A stretch of DNA of 64,000 nucleotides from Raillietiella orientalis (Eukaryota). Both the position numbers and the translations under genes were made by a program. This document shows, piece by piece, positions 37,480 through 50,269 of the stretch (positions are counted from its first letter, which is position 1; every line of letters begins with the position of its first letter). The stretch covers positions 2,542,001 through 2,606,000 of the forward strand of contig JAYWIR010000009.1 of the NCBI GenBank assembly GCA_036172245.1, in the 5' to 3' direction. The notes under the pieces are model-generated. The model was not told the origin of the DNA and did no database searches. It saw nothing but the letters and a program-made list of their open reading frames with translations.

Positions 37480-38185
37480 CACGGTTCTACGCCACCCGAG
37501 AGTGGGTAATTCTTCAAGATAGGGGTACCCCGGGAGAGGCCCGTCCTATGAATCCAGGAAGGACTCGGAGTCCGTTCCTCTCCCGCCTGGGGAGGGATCC
37601 CCGGAAATGGAGATCACCTCAGCCCTGGTTGCCTCCGAAGGGGAATCCAGAAGAGAATCCTCCTGCCTTATTCTCCCCGGAGGACCCCCGGGGGGTGTCC
37701 GCTATATTTGTTCTTCTCTGAAGGGAATCCGGAAAGGATCCGATCCTGGAAATTCTCCTCCGGAGGGATCCCCCGCAAGGGATCCGCTCCTCTTTTTACT
37801 CCTCTGAAGGACGCAGCTTCCCCGAAGGGGTCGACTCGCTTCTCTGTACTCTCTGGAGAGGTGGTAGCGACACACCTACTCCATCAATCCGATACGAAGG
37901 TACCCCCGGGATGGGTAGTCCGCCCCTTAACGACCAGAAGGGGAACTCTCCACTCCGTGATTCCTGGAAGGACCCGGAGGCCGACTCCCGTTTGTGCCGG
38001 CCCTCATCGGGGTCATCTGGTTGCAACCGCTACGAGTGCCGCACCCGGATGAACAGAGGCCGACCAGCATCATCTTGTGGGGTGAATTCGGAGCCCACTA
38101 CGCCCTGCGTCGACTTTGGAGTGTTCGAACCCACGAAGCGTGGTGCGACGCGCGGAGACCACCGTAACCACACGGCCTACCCGGG
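37480..38185 (-). mobile_element. Hairpin-array SINE-like element, copy S5
   Basis: Head GTAGGCCGTGTGGTTACGG...GGTCTCCGCGCG...GTGGGTTCGAAC at 38123-38181. The body closely matches S1. Confidence 0.8.
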
Positions 38186-38897
38186 AAAATGGCAATGGAA
38201 ATTGCAAAGTATGTTTGATTGTTTTTCCGCAAAATGCTGGTGGCATTACGATGCTGTTGGTTTTTCGCGACTCCACGAACCTTAGAAGGGTTGAGCAAAC
38301 GATTGCAAACGATGATATTTCTTGCCGACGAATTGGTGACTGTTCCTCGGATCGCTTCCCTGCGATATCGGTGGGTGAGTCCCCGCTGAATAATTTTCTG
38401 GCCGGAGTCTACAACTGACCTTCTTGGAAAGAGTTTTCTTTTTTTTTTTCTTTTTTCAAAAAACAAACCCATCTTTTTGAATGATAGTTTTGAAATGCAT
38501 TTGTTTCATTTGAAGATTGCCGATTTGAAGAGCTGCAAGGATTTCCGCAATCTGTAAAGAGCCGACTACGCCCCACTGAAACAGCGTGTTTATTGACTTC
38601 AATGCTTTGGATGTCCAGAAGGAAGGCTCCAGGCGAATTCCACTGGGTGTGCTGCTTGGAGGATTTGTCGGCTACCGTCCTCGCAAGACGAAAAGGAATG
38701 ATTTGAAAACTCAAAAAAAAAAAGCATATGATGCTTTCATGCTGGAAACCTTGCGTGATAAAACCGTTTCATTGTAATCATTATCATCATGGTGTTGGTT
38801 GTTCTCATCGCTGCTGTTTGCTGTGAAACATTTCGGCACGACTTGCATTTGCGCTTGAAATCAGCCACAGTAACCTCGAACTCAGTCCTGATGGCGC

Positions 38898-39110
38898 GTT
38901 CTCCAGAGACTCCAGCGGCTTCTCAGCGAAAGAGCTTTCCAGCCGCTTCGGAAGGATGATCTCTGCTGCTGCCTCCACCTGGCGTCCTCTTGGCATAGCT
39001 AGCCAGATCGGCTCGAAACGGAACAGCTGAGAGCAGCTAAGCGGAAGCAGAACCGTGGACTGATGGAAGATGGACTCCCTTCACACTGTGAAGGCTTTGG
39101 ACGTCAACTC
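38898..39110. repeat. Unclassified ~220-bp dispersed repeat, copy 2
   Basis: Diverged direct repeat of 35840-36062. Confidence 0.85.
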
Positions 39111-39729
39111 AGTCCCCGCAGGATTTGCAAACCAGTAGAAGAACTACTGCTCCGGCATCTCAACCGCACAAAGCCATTAAAAAAAAATCTGGCGCGATGA
39201 GCTGAAAGAACGGATGCTTGATTCATCTTCGCGGCTCTCCATCGGGGCAGTGAGAGGTCATCAAACAAGAAGCATCAAGTCCTGAGTGGATTCGAACATT
39301 TCTAGAAAGAAGAAAGCTGGTGGTTGAAGAACCGAATGCCTGCAGAGAGTCTCCGGTCCCGACGACCCAGGAAAAGCGAAACTCCGACGGTGCCTCGAAT
39401 CTGTACGACGGGAGATTCCATGCAAATCTCAGGATATTTCAAAAGGCCTGCTGAGGACACGCTAGCTCAAACATCCGTCCGGCGAACTCACCCACGAGAC
39501 CCACCGACTAGGGCTTGCTGGAGGCAACACTGCCCATAACGAAACGTGATTCCTTGGTTGGGAATCCAGCTGAATTGAGCGATGAGCAGGAGGGAGGCAG
39601 GGAGGGATAGTGGTGGGAACCCCAGCAACTGACTCCTTTCCCCAAAGTGCTTTTACCATTCCTTTTCGATCGCGGTAGGGCACGTTGCCTCAAGCATTCG
39701 TGCTTGCTGCTCTTCAAACTGTCTGATCT

Positions 39730-39838
39730 TAGCTTCCCCGAAGGGGTCGGCTCGCTTCTCTGTACTCTCTGGAGTGGTGGTGGCGACACACCATCTCCAT
39801 CAGTCCGACGCAGAGGTCCCCCCCCCCGGGATGGGCAG
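39730..39838 (-). mobile_element. Internal fragment of the SINE-like element (S1/S5 subfamily)
   Basis: Closely matches 37816-37918. Confidence 0.8.
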
Positions 39839-40269
39839 TGCTTGAAATCGAGTTTTCAGCAAAGATGCTGTCGCTGCCAACACTGAAACTCCATCCCTCC
39901 ACAAGATGGCAACCGTTTGAAAGCACTGTAGAGCGGGGAAATTCTGCTCCCATCGTCCCTAAAAGAGAAGAAAAAGATAATTACACATACGGAAAAGCGA
40001 ATTTTCAGAACGGATTTCGTTTCAGCAAATTTCATGTGACCAAAGTCCACGTCGTTGCATTCCAGCACGTTCCTTCAAGAAGAATGCCACCTAGAGGAAC
40101 GCTTCAATGAAATGCGGTTGCATCCTTTCTGAATGGTAGCATGCAAAATCTTCATTTGATTCATTGCGTCAAACCTGGAAATAAGAATTCACAGTGCCCC
40201 TACGCAATAAAAAATAAACCATCGATGTGTTTTACACAAAGCATGCTTGTTTTTTTTTTTTCAAACTGA

Positions 40270-41391
40270 AAGGAGCATTTCCCATAAGTGTTTTAGAAAG
40301 CGTGGAGTTAGGTATCAGCTTTGGGAATCCCGGCGACAGATTGGTTTCCCGGCCCAGCCAAGAATCCTTCTCTTTCAATGCAATAATTGGATTCCTTTCC
40401 TTTTCCGCAAGGAGGATAATCCTTCGCAGCCTGGTGAACCGAACACTAATTCTAGGGTGTGCCTTCGCAGCATAGCTGTTGCATGGCCTTTTCAAAGCAC
40501 CTTCCTTATCTCTTCATCCCTTTAGCGCAAGCCATCTCTTGTCAGCCTCCCCGTCGGAAACACCGAACTCTGGTTCTCGGGTTTCACCTAGTAGTGCACT
40601 CATTCCTGCCGCGTTGCTTGATTAAATCAAACCATTCCGCGGGACGTCAGGTTGCACCCAATTATTACGGAGGGATTCATCTTCCCAGGAAGAATTATCC
40701 GTTATTAAAAAATAGTTTCGCACGCGGCAGAGCATCTTGGGATAACGTCCACCTCTCTTCAGCCAGACGTCACACTGAGATGCCGGTTGCCGAAGCGCAT
40801 TATTACCTTACCAGGGAAGCCCATTTCGTTGTCAGGGAGAATTGGATGCTGCCTGCGGTGCGAGGTGACCCTTTCATCTTCCCCTGCACTCGGAACACGG
40901 GGTCGCTCTCCAGTTCCGAGTCTCCAGAAGATTCTTACGAGTGGCTTCTTCGATGGTAGCGGCTCTCGGAAGACTACGGATTTTTGAAGTGACCCTGAAG
41001 AGCTCTCGAGGGCGCATTGGTCTGCCACTACGAGTCGCGTTCGTTCTGGCGTGCGTTCGACTCTGCGCTGTCAGCTTCCGGTTATGCATGACTGATACCT
41101 CCTTGAATGGTGCTCCAGCCATCAGCCTCCCTGGATCCCGTTAGACAAGGAAGCACGTGGGAAGATCGCAGCCGACCCGAGCGCCACCTCGGTCTTTCGG
41201 CCAGGATCGAAGTGAGAAATTCGGCGGCTCGGCGAGTGGTTTCCCTGGAAACCAGGAGCGGGTCGGTGCTTCAAGACTCCGCCGATTCAAATGCCCGACG
41301 ATCCAAGGCTGCTGCATCCCTTCGCATTTTCGCGTTGGCAAACGAAGCAAATCGCAACAGGGACGGATGGGCTGTTAGTACCGCCGCCTAA
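40270..41391 (+). mobile_element. Divergent L1/Tx1-like LINE ORF2 C-terminal fragment K
   Basis: Ordered motifs: FPISV...LGI, FLSFSARRIILRSLV (like LS..GR..L..SVL), GRASWDNVHL, DTSL/MVLQ, and RHLGL...VR...VL...AAASL with spacing like fragment A. Confidence 0.55.
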
Positions 41392-41400
41392 GAAACGGAG

Positions 41401-42387
41401 TCCCGCTTTGAAGTCCGCGTGGCTGAGGTCTCCGCTGGTGGCAACAAGACCTGTGACCTCGAATCCTACTCCGGGAAGAGGAATCGAAGCCGAGAAATGG
41501 GTGCTTCGTGGGTTTCCATTCAGCATCCGCAGGATGGCTCTGGTTGCCCTGCGGGCTTCAGGTGCATCACTGATGGAAGGCGCACGCCCCCGTCGATTGG
41601 CTGATATTCCGGGATTCTTACAGGAATCAAGGAGGGAATTTCCTTCGAGGCTTCTCCTCCGGTTGCGAAAACGGAGCCATTTCCCTCCTTGAGGGGGACC
41701 TTCCGTCGCGTGGGATGGAACTGGATGATACCCCTTTCGGTAGGTCGCCTCTCCAGCGTGTTAAGAAGCGGGTTGTTCCCTTCGGGGTCCTCTTCAGAGA
41801 ACAAGACAGGAGATGATTCCCTTGCGGGTTCCCTCCGGAAAGCAAATTCCAGGAACAGATCCTTTTCGGTTTCTCTTTGGAGAAGAAACGGGGAGTGACT
41901 TCCCTCGAGGAGGTCTCCCTGGAGGGAATAAGGAAGAGATGGTTCCCTTCGCGGTTGTTCCCCTCTGGTTGTGCAAATGCCATCCCTTTAGGAAGGAGGG
42001 CAACCCGCCATACCATACCATGGAGCTGATGGATTGATGCTTCTCCAGAGTGCGAAGAAGCAGACCGCTTCCTTCGGGGAGCGCCCTTCGGAGGAATTTG
42101 GCAGCATTCCCTTCGGGATTCCCTTCAAAGGAGGAAACCAGGAGCGGTTTCCCCGCGGGTCCCTCCGAGAGAATATAAGAAAGGCTCCCTTCGGAAACAG
42201 CGAGGACGTAAGAGCAACGGAATCCTTTCTCCGGAAGCGTTCCTGGATTCACAAGGTAATCCCCTCCAGGGCTATAACTAGAAGAGTGCTCACGCGCCTT
42301 CGGGTGGCGCGGACAGCGCTGAAGGGCTTCGTGAGTTGCCAGGGGAACGGTTCTTCAGTGCTTGGAGAACCAAAAGAAAGAAAGAAA
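41401..42387 (+). mobile_element. Hairpin-array SINE-like element, copy S6 (longest, internal module duplicated)
   Basis: Decayed B-box CCTCGAATCC at 41457-41466 and full core. Units start near 41773, 41815, 41858, 41897 and 41941. The 3' motif is followed by an (AAAG)n tail. Confidence 0.8.
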
Positions 42388-43149
42388 TCCGATCGCACCA
42401 TTCATGGTACTTGAAACCTCAGGGGAATTTCGCTGACCAAGAGTCAGCATCCGAAAGAGAGGCGTTCGTTTGTCTTCAGAGACGAGGATGCTTGAACCCG
42501 CTGCTGTCAGCTACCAACAGAGCCTTTCTCGGGAGACTTTGCATCCAGGTGAAGAAAAGTCTTCAGAACTGAAGAGAGACATCTTCGTGGAGAAGCCACC
42601 AACTTTGCGGCACACCGGAGTTCCCGCCTCGTTTGCTTGGCTTGCGGCTTCTGGTGCAAACCCGAAACATTCCAAGCCGATTCCAGGGAAACGCTAACCT
42701 CCCGTTGAATCGTCACTCGGGAAGCCTTGGCCTGTGGTCTTCTCTGCGCTGGCAACAGTTTCGTGGTTTACAGACCCGGGAATTTTTCCTCAATTCCTCC
42801 CCATGGAGACGTGGCCGGTTGGACCTCTTTGCTCTCGTGTGGAGCGATTGCTCGTCGAGCAAAATTTCGACCACTCTTTGAAAGGGGTTCAGTTTGTTTT
42901 GCTTTTGCGTGGGTATTAAGGGTCTTAAATTTGCCCTTCCACGCCAAGGACCGCCTGTTTTTCGCCATGCTGGGCCGCTCACTTTGACGGCATCAAGCGA
43001 CGCAGCAATGCACTCATTGAAAAGCGGCAACGCGAGGGCCACTCGATCAGCTGTTTTCATCCCATTCGCCTGAGGGTGGGTATTCTGTCTCTTTTTTTTC
43101 TTCAAGCAGGTCGCCATTCTTTTTGATTCAAGGACTTGCATGAGGCGGC

Positions 43150-44300
43150 AACGCTTCGCACGGGATAAACAGAATATGCAGGTTCCAGGGGCAGATGCTC
43201 TCATTGAATAAAGACTGCCTGTTTTCCTTCCGCGCGAAGAGTGACTCTTTAAAGTTTACTTTTGTCCGTCAAGTTCGTTCCGTGTCTCCACTTCGTGGTG
43301 CGGATAGATAGGGGCTATCTGGAGTCTCTCAGGAGCACCTTAGAAGATCCAGTGATCGTTTCCTCCGTTTGCTCAATGGTTTCAGTCTCGCGGATCCCGC
43401 TTGTCTCATTCCTTAAGGTTATGATTCCTAATCTTGAGGACAATCCGCGCGGAGGGTGTCTTTGCCGAGTCTCTAGATTGAAGCGTGTTTTCAGAACTTT
43501 GACTGCTTGTAAGAACTGCGCTATGTAACTTTTCCCTGCACGTTTTGAAACACGTTCTCGTCCAGAGATTCGGAAAGCCAAACCCTCCACGACGATCCTT
43601 CTCAGAAGTGAGAATCATTTCTGAGAGACTGAGGGATGTCTGTTGAATCACTCTTTGGTTCCACGAGTCGAGTTTAACTGAAGCCTCCTCAATCGAATTC
43701 TTCGATTCACTGACCCCAAAGCTCGTTCCAAGCTGCACACGGCCCTCAATTACCCTCGAGAGGGTCTCTGGTCATCTTGTACTGTCATCGCTCCCGGTGT
43801 ACTCCATAAATATTGACTGGCTTTAAAGGAAAGCATTTCCTGAAGGGAGAATTCATCTCGTAGCACCGCAGTAATCCCCTAAATTTTCGAAATTCTCATC
43901 TTCTCCTCGGAAACCCTTCCCTGCAGGGGCTGGACACGGTTAGCAAGCAAGATTCTTTCTAGAACAGGAGCATTCCTGCAGCCCCTATCTTGCACGTGGG
44001 GATGTACCCCCCTCGCGCTCGACTGACTTTGATCTCCTCTTTACGCCAGACAGAACAAGAAAAAGAGCACCCTGAATTTCACCATGATAAATCAGAAGTG
44101 GACGGGCCAGGCAATGCCTGCCTGCGGTAACCTTTAAACTGGATTTATTCCTTGATCTGCTTCCAAGTTATTTTTCAGCAACCACTTGTGGATCAGCTTA
44201 ATTCGCTTTTTGTATAAAAAGTTTCCAAGCGAAGACGACCTCACGAATACACCACGCAGACAAACTCGTCTGGAGTTTGCAGTGTTTGTCACAGGTGCCT
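43150..44300 (-). mobile_element. Possible decayed non-LTR ORF2
   Basis: In order: LQTPDEFVCVV (YADD position?), IHKWLLKNNLE, KDRRGGFGFPNL and ICPW..HILF..C. Highly degenerate. Confidence 0.3.
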
Positions 44301-47042
44301 GTGGGGGGAATCCCTTGAAAATGGGGCGTTGGGCATCCGCCTGCTCAAAAGTTCCAATTCAACTGAACTATCCAGCATTGACCACACTTCAAGGCTTCCC
44401 AAGATTCATTTTTGCAGACCTCCACTCCGCTATCCTTGCATGCACTTCTCATTCAGAAACTGAGTTTCCGGAATTTCGTCATTCCGATTAACATCTGTGC
44501 GCAAGTTGGCCCATTCGTGGACACTTCACGTGGACAGTTCACCCACGTGATCAGCTATGCCCCGGAAGAATTCGCACGGGCCTATCGTTCGAGTGACTGG
44601 AGTCCCTCAAAGCGCGAATGCCTGAACGGGAAGAAGGACCTCTGCCGCGTGTAGAGGAAGTCGCGATTATCGGGATGGCAAAGGAATATTTGATCTTTGG
44701 ATATTGAAGACGGAACGCCGAAAAGGACCTCCACGTCTCTAATGTTTACTGATTTTGCACGGCTCATAGCGAAATGATTGCCATTATCTAAAGCATTTCG
44801 ACGTTTGTGTTAAGCCTTTTTCTCTCTCTGCGGTTCCGGGGGCAAAGTTATCTTCTGGTCGCATCTCGGCATCTCCTTGAAGATCCACTTTCCTCGGGGG
44901 AACCTCCGAATGCTGGGCACTGCTGGCAAGTAAACGTAGCTGCACGGATAGCCAGTGTAGAACTGTGGTATGCATTAGGGGTGCACTCCCAGTTTCCCCT
45001 CGGAAAGGGGTGGAGGAGATGCAGCTCTCTGCTGTGGAAAACACACACGTCTTTTAGATGCATGCCAGGTCCGCCGGCTAGACCAAGGAGCAAAACTTTG
45101 TTTTTAGCAGCCCACTTTGCAGAATCACACCTTCATTTTACCAGGCGTTGCTTTTACCCACGTTACCGGGTCCGTCCGGCGATACCAATGAGCCGGGTGT
45201 CTCAAAACCTGGATTTCCATGGAAACAGAGCACCAAGGAACTGGAATCCGGAAAGACGAATGTGTTTTGCTCTTTGAAATGGTCAGAAGAGCAGCCGAGC
45301 TTTTCCTCTTATTGGAACCTGTTTGACATAATCGTCCATTCAGCCATGAGAACCGAGCCATTCAAGTTTCTCTGGAGATGTAAAGGGTTTCTTATCTAGT
45401 TCTTTCTTTCTTGCTCCACTCTTACGAGTCTGCCATTCGTTCCGCAATTCGTATCTTTCACGGTGACCGTTTGAAAACCCACTCTTTGGTTGTTAGGCAG
45501 CACGGTCTTGCTGATCTGCTCTTTCAGCTCATGCGCGCCTCATCGCGACCGTATCTTCTTGCATCATGTGGCGGCTTTTCTCTGTCAGTTAAAATCACTG
45601 GACGTTTGAAAATTCATTTGGTTCACCCGGCCGAAATTTCAGCATCACACGAGGAGTCCCGCGACTGCCACCAATGGTTGAAACTCATTTCGAGAAATTG
45701 GCCTCGGATGATTTGCACTCGGATAACGGAACTGGCATCCTGGTAGTACAAGAGGCATTTCCTCGTAGTGATTAGACTCCGCCTAAATGGATTTTGGGGT
45801 TCTGGTTTTGCAGATAGAGTCGTGTCTATTTTTTTTTGGTTTCTTACCGGTTCCTTCGATTTACACATCGTTAAGAAAAAAAATTCGCATAAAAATTGCC
45901 TGCCTCATTTCTTGGGTGCCAGATTTACTGCTTCCGTCATTAGTCTTACGCGAGCAGCAACGAGGGCTCCATCGAAGCAGCAGCAAATTGAAAGAAATTT
46001 GAGACGAGACGGATTCCCGATTTTCCTGCATGCTCGCGGGCGTCGCTATCTAGCGGGCGAATTGGAAAGCTGCGCTCAGCAATTGCGGTGCGCCATCTTT
46101 CGGGTTTCTGGGTAAAGCCGAAGGAAACCAGGATGCTCCTTTCAAATTGGAAACTGAAATCTTTTCATTTCAAACTGTTTTCAAATCTCATTCATGAAAA
46201 CTGAGCGCGTGCCTCCACATAGCAAAGAGGGAAGAACCTGAGAAAGAGAGTCCTCCCAGAGCGAAGTAGAACAAACAACCATGAGGATGCAACGGAAGAT
46301 AACACTAAATGATTCACAATAAAATCGCAAATACCTGTCTTCACAGACACAAGAGCACGTGGAAGATCGTGTTCAGTAAGAGATCTCTGGGTGCTGGAAT
46401 TCAGTGGTGGATTAGGGAGTCACAACGTTCCGAATTCAACCATGAAATCAAGGAAAGGGAATTTTCACTTTCAAGAATTGGCAGCGTTAAACACTTGACC
46501 TGAAAGAATTACCTATAAAGGACGCTCGGAATCCGATAATCCGTATCAAGAGGCGAATCCGAATTCTCTGGGAGCGTGTGAGGAACCCAACGTTGTTTTT
46601 GCCCTCTTTGCGAGGTCCGAGACCGGAGAAACCAAGGGTCAGCAAATCAACTCAGAAGTTTCTTCATCTGGCGGACAGATGCTGCTGCCGAGTGACAGAA
46701 CAAGGCGGCAGCGCGCAAGGGAAGAGTTTCGGAGCGGGAACACGGAAGGAAGGAGTCCGTCTTTCGTGTGTAGAGGTCGATCTTCTTCGTTTGGCAAAAA
46801 TCGAGGCGAAGTGAAAAAGCGCGCTCTCTGTCCGAAAGCCTGAGGCTACGTGGGAAAAGGGAAAGAGGTTAAACTGAGGTTCTTTGGAGGATTACGGAGG
46901 AACAAGCAGTCACTTTGCCAGCAGAGGACATGAAAGACCACCAGGAAAGGTCATCAGCTCCAATGAGCCAGTTTTCTCCTTTCCAGCTGGGGAATAGAGG
47001 GCTTCATCCTCATTACGGGCGAGATGCTCGCCAGTTCTCACT

Positions 47043-47869
47043 GCCCGCATTGGCGGCCATATGGTGCGTAACACCCAAGCGGGTTCGAATCCCGCCCGGG
47101 GAAGGGAAACCGACGCCGAGAAATAAGTACGTCGTGGGTTTCCAGTTTGCCCCCTCGAGATGACGCTGGTTCGCCTCGGGTGACTTTGGGTGCGGCACCC
47201 GTGGAAGCTAGAAGCCCCTTGTTAACTGTCCGGTACTGGAACTCGACCCTCCCTGGTCCATCCAGAACATTATGTAGCCGTTCGGTGTTCCCCTCCTGTT
47301 GTGAAAGTCGAGCCGTTCCCCTTCTTAGGGGGGGACTCTCCGTCGCGTACCATGGAGCTGCTTAATACCCTTTTCGGGAGGTCGCCTCTCCAGCGTGTTA
47401 AGAAGCGGGTTGCTCCCTTCGGGGTCCTCTTCAGAAGAGAGGACAGGGAATGATTCCCTTGCGGGTTCCCTCCGGAGAACAAATTCCAGGCGCAGATCCT
47501 TTTCGGTTTCTCTTCGAAGAAGAAACGGGGAGTGATCTCCCTCGTAGGAGTCCCTCCGGAGGGAATGAGGAAGAGATGGTTCCCTTCGTATTTGTTCCCC
47601 TCCGGCTGGGGTCATCTACCACAGAGCACCAGAAAACTGGTTGCCACCTCTCCAGAGTGTCAAGAAGAGCTCTCCGGAGAATTTCGGAAGTGTCCCTCCG
47701 TGGTTCTCTTCAGAGGTGGGAAAAGAAAGGAGCGGATGCCTTCCGGGTTCCCTTAGGGGATGAAATTAGAAGTCCCCAGAAACCGAGAGGTCTCACCGGA
47801 GGGAGCAAGGAAGCCCCTCCCCCTTCCTCAGGAAGGCAAACGGTTCTTCAGCACTTGGAGACCCAAAAA
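47043..47869 (+). mobile_element. Hairpin-array SINE-like element, copy S7
   Basis: TGGCGGCCATATGG (A-box-like) and perfect T-arm at 47079-47095. 47300-47605 closely matches 41660-41970. Ends GGCAAACGGTTCTTCAGCACTTGGAGACCCAAAAA. Confidence 0.85.
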
Positions 47870-50269
47870 GCAGCTGCCGCACGAGAGCTCCCACACTGTC
47901 ACTATTCGTTGATAAGAAGAAAATCAAAGCGCTGAGGCTGTCGAGATTCACCTCGTCGCACGGGAACCGTGCGTCAGTCATATGCAGCAAGGGTCTATGC
48001 GGTGATGCCTTGCTGGACTCGAAGAGCGGTTCGGCCGCATCCCTGTGGCACATTTTCGTGTTGACGCACGGGCCAGCAGCTCGACTCGAAAAGGGAAGGG
48101 CGTGGTGAACCGATCAGCCAGCGTTCGTGCAAGAGTCGCCATCCTTGTCTTCCGCAGGAATGGCAGCAGAAACGAAGCGGGGGCTTGCAATTCGAAGAAC
48201 GGGAGTGCCGGCCGCCTGTTGCAGCACCACAAAACGTCCAGATCCGAAGTGTGTAGGAAATCACTTGACGTTGTAGCAAGCTGGAATTCTGGTCCTGTTT
48301 GCCATGGAAGTCACGGCGTCCCGCACGGATAGTCTCGACGTGAAATGGGTTGAGGATCGGCGACCGCCTTACTTGTATACAAAAGACCTTTCCAGCCAGC
48401 GTGCTGAATGAAGACTTGGTTCTGCCACTGTATTCAATTTTGATTAGGAAAGGCCTCTCCAAGGATACGCTTCTGTTTGGTGACCGAAAAAGGGCATGGA
48501 TTGTCCGCCGATATGCTGTTGCAGTTTGAATGTGTACGGATCTCCCGATAAATTTCAGATACGGCGGTACTTCGGCACTCGACGGTAATTCGTTCCGGAA
48601 CTCGTGACGGGTGCCGAACGAATTTCAATGTATTTCAGGACCCATGAAGAGCGCTTAAAACGCACAGAAGAAAGGGAATCATTCGGGAGGCACCCCAGGG
48701 AAGTGCTCGAGACTGTTCGCGAACTACCAGGAGACGAAAGTGTTCACCTGTTTCATTATGAGAGTGGAGCGTCGAGTTCCGGTGCCGTCGAGTACCGAGG
48801 TATATGAAACTATGAAGCAAATACTCTCCTTCTTCAGGCTGTAGACAAGCAGAGCTAAATTTCCTACTCTAATTTGGAATAGCTACACCAATCACGCTTA
48901 CTCCTGGACGTCGAGTAGCATAACATTTCCTCTGGCCTGGGAATCCTTAACATTCACAAGCTGAGGATCAAACATAACGGAGCAAAATACTTGGAATGCT
49001 TCGATGGACTTTTAAATAAACACGTCGAAGCTTATTTACGACTACATAATGCATTTGCCAAGTTGAATCTCGTATGATGTCTCACCAGGAGCCTCAGGTC
49101 TCGTCAGGAGGATAGTTGAGTTGCCGAGCAGACACAGAGACCATGAAAAGGGCGGCTGCAGACAGCACCAAGGTTCTCACCTTTCCATAAATCCTAGTTC
49201 TGTGCGTGGAGTACGGAATAAAATCTGAATGTCATCCGTACGTGATGGGAACGGGCTTGCTGATTTTTCAGCAAGGCAGAAACTGGCTGGATGCTGGAAA
49301 CGGAGCTCTGAGCTTCCGACGTTGAAACTGAGTCATTTCACATTCAGCAGCGTTGAAAAGAGATGTGCTCGCAGCATTAAGCAGAGCGATTCACTACCGA
49401 AAAAGATTCATTAAAGTGATTTATTCCTTCTGCATATCTCTTATAGAAAGAAGGCAGTTCTGAAAGAAACTGCTACTTCTGGGAGAAAGATAATAAATTA
49501 CATTGTGTATAATTACTCTCGTCGACAGGGATGAATTGATGGTTTCTTTTATCACAATGTTTTGATAAAATAAAATTGCCAATGAAATTATGGAACGAAT
49601 TCGTGCGAATAGCAAGCAGAACATCAGATTCTGTTAGCACCCTCATAAAGAGGGAGTTCAGGACAGAAGGAACGCAATCAGCGAACTGGTGCTGTGCTTC
49701 TTTGCATCACAGTCTGCAATCCCGGTGTTCCTCTTAATCGCGTTTTCTCCCTGGACAAATCGAAGCGAGAAGATGGGACACTTCCCACACGGCGACCCTT
49801 AGCGTACTGGACACAGCCCCCCTTGGAGAGCTTCCACCGAGGACGTGCCTCTGAGTCACCGGCTGCCACATCCATCAGCTGACCTTGTGCGACACCGCTT
49901 CACAGAATCATTAAATCCTGGAGTAACCGTTTCATGGGATCATTTTTGTAAACAGAACTGGGAATGGATTTTTATCGCCGCCGCTTCGTCACCGAGCTGG
50001 AAGATTCCTCTTTATGTCTTGCAAACAGGTGGACCATCCTTTCTCACTGGGATTCTTCACTGGCCTTCAGGAACTTACGACTCTGACCTCAGAACTAGGG
50101 AAGGAAGGCTTCGGGCACCTCCTCAGCAAGGAGAGCTTCATAGCGTGACTCAGGTCAGCAGCATCATGGGAGATTCGGAGGAGTGGGAGTGACCTTCCTG
50201 AGATCTGGCTCTGAAGATAACTCTCAAGCTATGACGAAGGCTGCTTTGAACCCGATGACACCGGCACGT

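Noticed and set aside
41773..41990. CRISPR-like repeat/spacer periodicity in the SINE body
   Set aside because: The repeats are degenerate, the linkers are short and homologous between copies, there are no cas genes, and the context is eukaryotic.
46845..46945. PWWP-like peptide GKEVKLRFFGR
   Set aside because: The upstream PWWP motif is absent, and the match is too short to exclude chance.
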